This document shows, piece after piece, positions 1 through 7,686 of a stretch of DNA of 7,826 nt. The notes below the pieces were generated by a model. The model was not told the origin of the DNA. It did no database searches and worked only from the letters and a program-made list of their open reading frames with translations. A program made the translations under genes and the position numbers. Source of the stretch: Amoeboradix gromovi X-113 (taxonomy: Eukaryota; Fungi; Sanchytriomycota); contig JADGIF010000480.1 in NCBI GenBank assembly GCA_018985225.1, positions 1 to 7,826 on the forward strand, given 5' to 3'. Each line of letters begins with the position of its first letter. Position 1 is the stretch's first letter.

Positions 1-340
1 GTCAAGTGTAGACAACTTGGGGAGATACCATTTGAGCATGTTCTTGCCTACATTATTTTGAAGTACCTGGATTGATATCTCTATGGTCTTGGTGACCGCA
101 TTGCTGACAATGAAACCATCTATCATTGACATTCGCTCGACTTTGATGATCGCATTTGAAGCAAGTTATGGTAGAATAGGCCTCATTAACAATCAATAAA
201 CTTTGACCATACAATTTACATTTATGCGCTAGCCTTTGCTTGAATGTGTAATGACGCAACGATTGAATCCTTTCATCCCATTTACGCAGTTGAGTGTTGG
301 ACACATCATATTGTTTTTAAATGGTCGCAACTCTAATGAA
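1..340 (-). pseudogene. IS607-type TnpB / Fanzor2-like nuclease, 3' remnant (RuvC-II, zinc ribbon, RuvC-III); runs off the window start
   Basis: ORF 53..304 reads LRHYTFKQRLAHKCKLYGQSLLIVNEAYSTITCFKC...WFHCQQCGHQDHRDIN, matching the Fanzor2/IS607-TnpB pattern HYxFxQRL..K...ExYTSxTCxxC...FxCxxCG...DRDxN. Removing 48..66 gives RDINPGKNMLKWYLPK (cf. RDxNGAxNIL). Upstream sequence is frameshifted and no RuvC-I DPG motif is seen, so it is called a remnant. Confidence 0.85.
48..66 (-). other. Putative 19-nt spliceosomal intron in the Fanzor2-like remnant
   Basis: Minus strand reads CCAG|GTACTTCAAAATAATGTAG|GCAAG. It contains the in-frame TAA, and its removal restores the RuvC-III tail in frame. 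Confidence 0.6.
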
Positions 341-921
341 CTTTGAGTTCTTTTCATTTCGCATATTCTGATGCGATAAAATTGCTACAAGTCGTAGATA
401 TGCAAAGTGTTGAATGGTGACAAAATACCAGTACCAATAAAAAGAAGTCCTATGATATTGAGAGTTGTTTATTTTTTGTCTTTTTCACTTTCACGCCAGC
501 GGTACTTTAATTTGCAAACGCGATCGTTGTCTCTTGTTAGTCAATAAATTCCAAGTATAAAAAGATTCATTTGTTCCTGTACTGTACATGTCTCTGTAGT
601 CGAACTATAACTCTACCACATTTGTAGAATGTCCTTGGAAGGTCATTATCGGTAAAACATTCCAAAAATCAGATAACTGAATAATATTGTTAATGTTTAG
701 AGCAAATGCATGGCCACCACTACCGAATTTAACATTGTTACAACACCTGATTTTTATATCCTTGAAAACAATTAAGTCATAATGGAAAATTTCGCAAATT
801 GCCACTTTTTCGGAGAAGGAAAGCAACAAGTATAGAATACCCGGATGTATAGATATTGAGAGAGAAGATTCCAGTAATTGCTTTTTGAATAATATTTTAT
901 GATTCAAGTAATTAAACAAAC

Positions 922-950
922 GGGACATCAAATATAAAAACTGGACTAAC
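922..950 (+). repeat. Left terminal inverted repeat (29 bp)
   Basis: Reverse complement of 1367-1395 with 3 mismatches. Confidence 0.9.
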
Positions 951-995
951 TTTCTGTAACAACTTGGAACATTATTTCAGCTTTATTAATTTTAT

Positions 996-1376
996 GGGTT
1001 TAAGAGGCGAGTGGACATTCAGCTAGTTGACGAGTATAAAAGGAAAATGAATAACTTTTTGCATCGAAATTTCAAAAATAAATATTCTGTACAGCTATTC
1101 TCTTACTCTTTCATCCAATCTTTATTTCAAATAGATAAGAGTAATGATGTTAGTATAACATTACAAAATGGAATGAAGAAAGAGTACCGTCTAAGAAAAT
1201 GCACCTTTTGCTTAGATGCTCAAAGACCTCATATATTTGAACGAGATGCAGAGTCTTCTAGTTTTATTTTGTAGAGGGGATTGAAAGTGATGAAAGAAAA
1301 TTGGTATAATAGAAGATCTTTTATTAATGATAGCATTTCCGCCGTATGGAACACCTTTAAAAACGAGTTAGTCTAG
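996..1376 (+). pseudogene. Fanzor1/TnpB-like C-terminal remnant inside the TIR element
   Basis: One frame reads GFKRRVDIQLVDEYK (cf. Fanzor1 v.lVDEy.TS) ... EYRLRKCTFC ... IFERDAESSSFIL*RG (cf. CxxC...RDxNAAxNILxxG), continuing to TAG 1374-1376 inside the right TIR. The internal TAG (1272-1274) is AAA (Lys) in the second copy. The first CxxC pair is missing, which lowers confidence. Confidence 0.55.
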
Positions 1377-1395
1377 TTTTTTTATTTGGTGTCCC
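1367..1395 (-). repeat. Right terminal inverted repeat (29 bp)
   Basis: GTTAGTCTAGTTTTTTTATTTGGTGTCCC pairs with 922-950 and is nearly identical to the reverse complement of 7687-7715. Confidence 0.9.
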
Positions 1396-1500
1396 AAACT
1401 AAGCATCTTACCAGCCAATGAATAGAATATCCATGATTTGCAACAGCATGATGTTGAAGACATTTTAATGTTGCAGAAAGTGGTATAGAAAAGTACCTTA

Positions 1501-1537
1501 TGCTTATGGCGATATTGGTAGAATATCGCCATAAGCA
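1501..1537. repeat. Perfect 16-bp inverted repeat with 5-nt loop
   Basis: TGCTTATGGCGATATT-ggtag-AATATCGCCATAAGCA. Confidence 0.95.
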
Positions 1538-2912
1538 GAATGGAAAGAGTACTCTTTTAATGGTAGATACACATTTTTACTTTTCTCTACAAGAAGCAAT
1601 AAATGTAAATAAGTAATAATGATAGCATCATTTAGTATGGCTACACCATTGCGAATAACTAAGTCAACAGATGGTTCTATAAGAGTGGGCTTAAGTGTGT
1701 TTATGAATACTTGATTTTGACAGAGTAACACGTTGAAATAGGATTGAATTACAGACATGTCCTTGATTTTAGACTGCTAGGCTGGCTTTTTGTTAATGGC
1801 ATACAAGGTAGTATTGGTTTTATCACAGAGAACCAATGAACTATTGAAGTGATATAATTTAGGATGGAGCCGCGAGAGCAAAAAAGTTTACGACCAATAC
1901 CAAGATGCAGCTACTAAATTCCCAAAAGTTATTCGGAAATGTAAATTAAATGGCTATTCATTTTGTAGCAACCATAATAATGGTAGAGGTTGGAATAGAT
2001 AGTAAGTAATTTATTTCCAATAACTATGAAAAGATCTAATTATCCATTGATTCTCGAATCAAGCTTGGTTCATTAAATACATGCTTCAAAACATGTCCCA
2101 TCTAATGTCTGAGTAGAAAGAAACATATCATGATGTTCATTCACTCTACTTTATAGCCGCGCAAGATTAATAAATGCCTGCAATAAAAATGAAGACAACG
2201 GATGCCGTAAACGGGAACATACACATTTCAGCAATTTATTTGATTTAAAGTAGCTTAATTCGGTTCAATCTTTTATGAAAGGTATGGTTGAAGCGTCAGA
2301 ATTTAATAAATTAAACGAGAATTTCGGCCAGGATACACATTTCAGTATGTCGTTGCAATAGAACTTTGCTATTACCCTCTCAAGCAAATCAGTAAGAAGA
2401 CAAGGAGTTAGGTGCAACCTCAGTAAATATTATGCGACGATCCAAAATGCCAAACTAAAGCAATTCATTGAACGCAAATACCAAATTCCGCTTCAATATA
2501 AGTAAACGCATTACCGGTATCATCACTTTTTTCCATTTATGCCATACGGCTCTTGATATTACTACACGATTGTCTTTGGCCACTCTTTTCAAAGATGTTA
2601 GGAATGTGTCGATATTTTCGGGTGGGTTGATTTGGTGGTACCTATTTGAACATGGTTTTATTCTTGTTTGTAAAAGGATACTCAATCGGGTGTAATAGAC
2701 ACTTTCACAAAGTCATGACATTTTGTTTCGAGTGCCAGTGATGTACTACTACAATCTTTAGATCATTATCCATAAAGATTAGAGCGATGATAAGCACAAA
2801 TGACAACGTCTCATATACAGTAAATTGATCCATTTAATTTACCGTGTTTTTTGCAATTGCATCTGCAGCTCTAGTGTAGATTTTGCAGAAATTATCAGAT
2901 CCCTGAAACTAA

Positions 2913-3773
2913 ATGATCATTACCAGTGCATTTAGTATGGATAATATTTGCTGCTCTTGCCATGCTGATAGATTCATTAATCCTGAAATAGAGCTACTAC
3001 TTAGTACTTGTTTTCACTTAATTTGTACAAAATGCATCGATAGACTATTTGTTATGGGAAGACAAACGCAGTGTCCTGAATGCAATTCTAATATAAAACG
3101 ACACTTATTTCAGGTCCAGCTTTTTGAAGATATATCAATTGAAAAAGACTTGAAAATAAGAAAGAGAATAGAAGGAATATACAACAGGAGGGAAGAAGAT
3201 TTTGACTCATTGAGCTCTTATAACGACTACATAGAAAATAGGGAACAATTAGTGTTTAACTTATTGCATGACATTGATCTTGCTAAAACCGAGAAAGAAA
3301 TAAGTATTTATGAGACTGGAAACAAAGAAGAAATTTTGACAAACCAATACAAGGAACACGCTCAGCAACAGATAACTAAAAATAAAATACACGATGGCGA
3401 CAATAGAAGGCTAGAGAGGCAATCAAAGTATTTGCAAGATCAGAAGAGAGCCATGAACGAAGTTGTGAAGGATAAAGAGATTTTGCTCAAGGATCTTCAG
3501 AATGGAATGGACCCACTAAAAGCTATGAGATTGCATGAAGAGAAGATGAAGAAACAAGTTGTTGATCCACTAGAAACCCTTGTCGATATCCATTTTTCTT
3601 TTTTTTCAGAGGAGTTGAAGAAGGAATCATATTTATATCGAGAGTTTAAAAAGAATTGGCAGGAGACAAAATGTAGAACAAAAAACCTAGATTCCCAAAT
3701 GGAAGCAGGCGGGTATAAGGAATCAACAGTTGTGAAAAGGGCATCACAGGAACTGAGTAGCTTGTTTAATTGA
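2913..3773 (+). CDS. TFB3: CDK-activating kinase assembly factor MAT1 / TFIIH subunit Tfb3
   Basis: N-terminal C3HC4 RING (CCSC..RFINP...CFHLICTKCIDRLF...CPEC), then MAT1 motifs FEDISIEKDLKIRKRI, YNRREEDF, YNDYIE.RE.LVFNL and C-terminal AGGY.....KRA..E. The start may be the ATG at 2937 (MDNICC). Confidence 0.95.
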   Translation: MIITSAFSMDNICCSCHADRFINPEIELLLSTCFHLICTKCIDRLFVMGRQTQCPECNSNIKRHLFQVQLFEDISIEKDLKIRKRIEGIYNRREEDFDSLSSYNDYIENREQLVFNLLHDIDLAKTEKEISIYETGNKEEILTNQYKEHAQQQITKNKIHDGDNRRLERQSKYLQDQKRAMNEVVKDKEILLKDLQNGMDPLKAMRLHEEKMKKQVVDPLETLVDIHFSFFSEELKKESYLYREFKKNWQETKCRTKNLDSQMEAGGYKESTVVKRASQELSSLFN

Positions 3774-3791
3774 ACACAATGAATTTACTAT

Positions 3792-3995
3792 TCAAATTTT
3801 AACGTTTTTCGCTTTTAGCACATCCTTTTCTTCTTTTGATAGGCCTTCTACATATTTATTGATGTCGTACGATTTTGGTTTAAAAACTGAATAGGCGATG
3901 CCACCGAAGATAAGACTGAACCATCCAATTACTACTTTATGGGATGCAATGGACTTGCCAAAAGCTTCAACTTGAAAGACATGAATTCCAGCCAT
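3792..3995 (-). CDS. ATP19: Probable mitochondrial ATP synthase subunit k (Atp19-like), 67 aa
   Basis: From the internal Met: FGKSIASHKVVIG + one hydrophobic helix + SKEEK, resembling the fungal subunit k pattern (FxGKxxxxHxLAIG-TM-...SKxEE). The ORF-track start at 4040 overlaps the opposite gene and is unlikely. Confidence 0.6.
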   Translation of the reverse strand: MAGIHVFQVEAFGKSIASHKVVIGWFSLIFGGIAYSVFKPKSYDINKYVEGLSKEEKDVLKAKNVKI

Positions 3996-4033
3996 GAAAT
4001 ATAGGTGTTTACAAATATCTCCTTTAAGCAAAA

Positions 4034-4243
4034 ATGTCATTGTTCAGAAAATCAATACTTATGACGATAGTTGTAGGTGTAGTTGGCTATTCCGCAATGG
4101 TAGCAACGACAAACACTGGGTCAGAGTTTATAAATAATAAGTTACCTGAGTCAGCAAAAAAAGAGGCTGAAAATATTAAAAAACAGAATAATACTGGAAA
4201 GTTTGTGAGCGGCATGATAAAGAATAACACTAATAATAAATAA
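4034..4243 (+). CDS. CBP4: Probable Cbp4-like cytochrome b (complex III) assembly factor, 69 aa
   Basis: Basic N-terminus, TM helix ending GYSAMVATT, then EFINNKLPE and a charged helix; resembles the fungal Cbp4 pattern G..hM..TTP..eeh...L.PE. Confidence 0.5.
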   Translation: MSLFRKSILMTIVVGVVGYSAMVATTNTGSEFINNKLPESAKKEAENIKKQNNTGKFVSGMIKNNTNNK

Positions 4244-4410
4244 TAGCAGTTACACTTTCGAAGGTATATTTTACAGCTTTTACATTTTGTAGAACAAATC
4301 ATTTATCGAGAATCTGTATGTATTTTTATAAAGTTCCATGACTTTTCCATATTTTTCTAATACCTTAAATACTCGGTACTCTTCATTATCGCAAGTATTA
4401 AACGGAATCA

Positions 4411-4760
4411 ATGAATCCAGTCCTGAATATGTCAAATCTAAAGAAATAACTAATAGTTACAGCATACATTCATCAACGTTGAGGAACTGGTCCAAACATG
4501 GAACAATTAGATGTCTTTCAACCCGTCCTCAAAAGAGATCAATGATATGTATACTTGTTAACTATTTATTTAATAATTCGTATGCAATTGGTCTTACCAC
4601 ATGTGTAACAATAGAGAGTATATGACAGCAAGGAATATTACAAGTGCATGTATCCTTATTCAACCCCACCTCAGGATAGTGAACGCGTGAGCAATCACTA
4701 TAGCGGATTTACTAGCATTGCTAGTTTTTTATAGAAATTCTCGATTTTCTGGGAAATCAG
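4411..4760 (+). pseudogene. Decayed IS607-family TnpA serine recombinase
   Basis: EYVKSKEITNSYSIHSSTLRNWSKHGTIRCLSTRPQKR (4425-4538) matches the MerR-like HTH of IS607 TnpA (TLRxWxxxGxI...KR). After stops and a frameshift, TREQSL/ADLLALLVFYRNSRFSGKS (4683-4759) matches the C-terminal EqELxxDLLxI..F..RxxGxR helix. The catalytic YARVS motif is not intact. Confidence 0.65.
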
Positions 4761-4809
4761 GATTTAACGAGGAGTGCGAATGTAGAAACGAGAGGAGTCT
4801 AGTGTATCC

Positions 4810-6261
4810 ATGTTTCCGTATTTTGCTTTAGCATGTTCTCTTCGAGTTATTTTCATAAATGACTTACACGGGCACTATGAGAACATTGCAGGTATAGTGC
4901 GCATCTTTAATGAATACAGAACACCTGACTCGTTGCTGTTGAACGGTGCTGATGAGTTTACCGGAACGAGTTTATTTAGATACTATGGTGCAAACAAAAG
5001 CATTGAAATAATAAATGAGCTCAAATACGATGCCATGACAATAGGAAACCATGAGTTTGATAAAGGTTCATCTTATCTTGCCAGCTATTTGAAGCAAATA
5101 AAAATTCCAATTGTCAGTTCTAATGTAGTGCCAAAAAAAAATTCTCCGTTGAAAGGATTAATTAAACCTTATGTGATTAAAAATGGTATTGGAATCATTG
5201 GTAGTACTACACCAGATACACTGTTCCAAACCACAGTGACGGATGTAAACTTCCTGCCATTCGTTGCATCGGTTCAGATTTATATTGATGAGTTGAACTC
5301 TATAGGAATCCAAAAAATTCTTTTGCTATCGCACAATGGCTTTTCTGATGACCAAAAGATAGCAAAATACACCAAGGGGCTTTCAGTAATCATTGGCGCA
5401 CACAGTCATTCTTTGTTGACAAATAATGCCACTTATGCTAAATATGACACTATAGATGGGCTCTTCCCTACAATCATAACCGATATGTCAAACTCCTCTG
5501 TATATATTGTCCAAGCAAAATGTTATGGTAAATATGTCGGTTATTTTGATGTAGAATTCACTGATAATGTTGTTTCTAGATTTTCTGGTGACACTGTTAA
5601 AGTCGATTTGGCTAATGTTGATCCGGCTTGGCATAAGAGGATCCAGGAATGGGAAATTCCTGTGGATGCGTTGTATAATTCAGTCATAACGTTCAACAGC
5701 AGAACATTTAGCCATGACTGTTTTCGCAAATCTTGCGAATTAGCAAAGCTGATTGCAAATTCAATAGAAAAGTATTATGTGGAGAAACATAGAGATAAAT
5801 CTATACCAACTCTTGGTATTATTCAGAGCGGTGCAATTAGAATGCCTTTTGAAAGCGGAAACGTTACCATTAGTAATGTGTATGATGCACTTCCGTTTGA
5901 TGACAAGGTAGACGCTGTTGTTATGCTCGGATCCACCTTGTTAAAATCTGTGAATTCCTCAATAATTGGTCATCGGGGGAAACAAAAAGTAATTGGATAC
6001 ATTACTGCATCTAACCACGCAAAAGTGGTCATCAGAAATGGTGTTCTGCATCACATGATGGTTTACCACAACAGAAGGTGGATAAAAGTTCATTGTGAAA
6101 AACGTTATAGAGTCGTTTCATCTAGTTACTTACTAAGTGGTGGTGATAATGTATTTCCGAAGCTTACAAAGTTTACTCATGGAGTCAGTTATGTAAGTGA
6201 AGCGGTTATCAGTATTTTTAGAAAAAGCAAGAATTTAAGAGAGCTAATGAAATTTAAGTAA
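4810..6261 (+). CDS. 5'-nucleotidase / apyrase family bifunctional metallophosphatase (UshA/CD73-like), likely secreted
   Basis: Calcineurin-like motifs NDLHG, GADEFTGT, GNHEFD, LSHNG, GAHSH, plus a C-terminal 5'-nucleotidase domain (SGAIR, LPFDD, YLLSGGD); short hydrophobic N-terminus. Confidence 0.93.
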   Translation: MFPYFALACSLRVIFINDLHGHYENIAGIVRIFNEYRTPDSLLLNGADEFTGTSLFRYYGANKSIEIINELKYDAMTIGNHEFDKGSSYLASYLKQIKIPIVSSNVVPKKNSPLKGLIKPYVIKNGIGIIGSTTPDTLFQTTVTDVNFLPFVASVQIYIDELNSIGIQKILLLSHNGFSDDQKIAKYTKGLSVIIGAHSHSLLTNNATYAKYDTIDGLFPTIITDMSNSSVYIVQAKCYGKYVGYFDVEFTDNVVSRFSGDTVKVDLANVDPAWHKRIQEWEIPVDALYNSVITFNSRTFSHDCFRKSCELAKLIANSIEKYYVEKHRDKSIPTLGIIQSGAIRMPFESGNVTISNVYDALPFDDKVDAVVMLGSTLLKSVNSSIIGHRGKQKVIGYITASNHAKVVIRNGVLHHMMVYHNRRWIKVHCEKRYRVVSSSYLLSGGDNVFPKLTKFTHGVSYVSEAVISIFRKSKNLRELMKFK

Positions 6262-6263
6262 AT

Positions 6264-7630
6264 TTATTGGTAAACAGAATTGATGTTTCTACATTTTTCA
6301 GGATCTTCGAATAGCAATTTGCACAGTAGTGAATGTATAACTGTATTTTCAAATTTATCCCAAACACATTTCTTTCCTTTGGCAGTAAACTTTGTCATCT
6401 CAAGTGCAAATGGATTATTTGGACATCCTTCAAAACTTGGCCCATATCCTATGAAGATAGCAGACATTTCGTCAACTGCTGCGGGATCGTATCCATGCAA
6501 TCCACGAATAATCCATGGAGATTTGGCGATATAGTAGCCAGGATTAGGTAAAGCTATTATGGGAGGAATTCTACTAGAGTCTGAATAACTCAAATGTTCT
6601 GGTACTTCCTCTCTCAAATAGACATTGAATGTCTTCTCATACATTGAAACGTTTTTCAAAGTTAGATATAGATCAGTAACCTCTAAATAAGAATATAATG
6701 ACCATCTTTAATGGGAAATGCACCCCACACAATTCCTTCATCTGTTATTTTAACTCTTTCTGTAAGATTGGCAGTCCATTTAGTATAATCAATAAATGCA
6801 TCAGGCAACAAATTCATCATACCATGATCACTCACAACAACTATGTTTACAAAGTCCTGTAATCCTGATTCTCTTATGCCGTCTATTAGTTTACCAAAGC
6901 CGTTATCTATCGTTTCTAGCATTTTATTAACCTGGGTGGAATACACACCATTAGAATGCCCGTATTGGTCTATCTCTGGTGTATAAAGTGCCATGAACTT
7001 TGGTCTATCATTGTTGAGTTCATGCAGTATGTCATCTATTTTGGTAGACCAAGTAACATTAGTATTGTACGGAATACATTTACTAGGCTTTGTTGTAGCA
7101 TTTACTGTACATCCCGGAAACATGTAAGCATATGTAGATTTGTTTGCATTCTCAACAGTTTGCCATATAGTCTCACCTGTATACCATTTGGGATCATTGG
7201 CAATACTTGGAACTTGAAAATCAAAAGTCTCGTTAAATTCAAGATCATAGAACTTGTTATCTACTATGCCATGATCCTGAGGATGCAAACCTGTCAGCAA
7301 TGTCATATGATTCGGAAAGGTGCTTGATGGAAAACTGGGTTGTAATTTTGAATGAACGCCATTTTTCATCATGCTTTGTAGATAAGGCGTTAACCCTCGT
7401 TCTAGATATTCGTATCTGAATCCATCTAAAGATATGAGTAAAACGGTTGTTTCTGGGTCTGGTGAGGAAACGAGATATATTAATCCGCCTAGTAAAAATA
7501 CAACCGCTGTAAAAGCAGCTAATATTCCTGTTTGAAGTTTTCTTTTTCGTTGTATGCTTTCTATCAAAGGTAAATTCTGTTCGTTTTCTATTTCTCCCTC
7601 TGGTAACAAAAGAACATCTTCTTGACTCAT
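6264..7630 (-). CDS. Type II membrane ectonucleotide pyrophosphatase/phosphodiesterase (NPP/ENPP family); exons 7630-6703 and 6682-6264, 448 aa
   Basis: N-terminal TM helix, ISLDGFR, PSSTFPNH (catalytic Thr), DQYGH and SDHGM in ORF 6683..7630; GLHGYD and F.GYGPSF in ORF 6264..6659. The two are joined in frame by removing 6683..6702. Confidence 0.93.
6683..6702 (-). other. 20-nt GT-AG spliceosomal intron
   Basis: GATG|GTCATTATATTCTTATTTAG|AGGTT; splicing gives FPIKDEVTDLYLTLKNVS and reunites the metal-binding GxHGYD motif with the catalytic domain. Confidence 0.8.
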
Positions 7631-7686
7631 TAATTAACAAACAAAACAAAGGGGAGATGCTTTATGAATAGTGGCACACAATAAAT

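Larger units (their letters stand above)
922..1395 (+). mobile_element. 474-bp non-autonomous TIR DNA transposon (MITE-like deletion derivative) with GGG...CCC termini and 4-bp TSD AAAC
   Basis: Left TIR 922-950 GGGACATCAAATATAAAAACTGGACTAAC is the inverse of 1367-1395 at 26/29 positions. AAAC occurs at 918-921 and 1396-1399. A second copy of the right part is at 7687-7826. Confidence 0.9.

Noticed and set aside
627-650. ECPWKVII peptide on the plus strand, reminiscent of MULE/FAR1 zinc-finger segments
   Set aside because: Too short, flanked by stops, and no supporting HxH or DDE motifs.
605-931. 108-aa minus-strand ORF
   Set aside because: Its start lies within the left TIR and it has no recognisable motif; probably spurious.
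2093-2099. ATGTCCC matching the TIR tip
   Set aside because: Only 7 bp with no further similarity; expected by chance.
2219-2345. CRISPR-like array from the 13-bp direct repeats
   Set aside because: Only two short units 114 bp apart, no cas genes, and a eukaryotic context.
2455-2695. Overlapping 75-76 aa ORFs on both strands
   Set aside because: Non-ATG starts in a eukaryotic context and no motifs.
2798-2833. MDQFTVYETLSF resembling the ABCG 'LTVxETLxF' motif
   Set aside because: No Walker A/B or ABC signature nearby in frame.
2745-2895. Weak hairpins and possible C/D-box snoRNA upstream of MAT1
   Set aside because: Stems are short and AT-rich, and there is no exact RTGATGA box.
4087-4302. 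71-aa minus-strand ORF
   Set aside because: Antisense shadow of the Cbp4-like gene.
1-4760. TnpA relic and Fanzor2 remnant as halves of one element split by inversion between the TIR copies
   Set aside because: Inverting 1396-7686 would still leave them about 4 kb apart with genes in between; separate insertions are more likely.
5541-7649. ORFs 5541..5729, 6280..6534, 6333..6551, 6956..7327 and 7257..7649
   Set aside because: Antisense or alternate-frame shadows of the nucleotidase and NPP genes.
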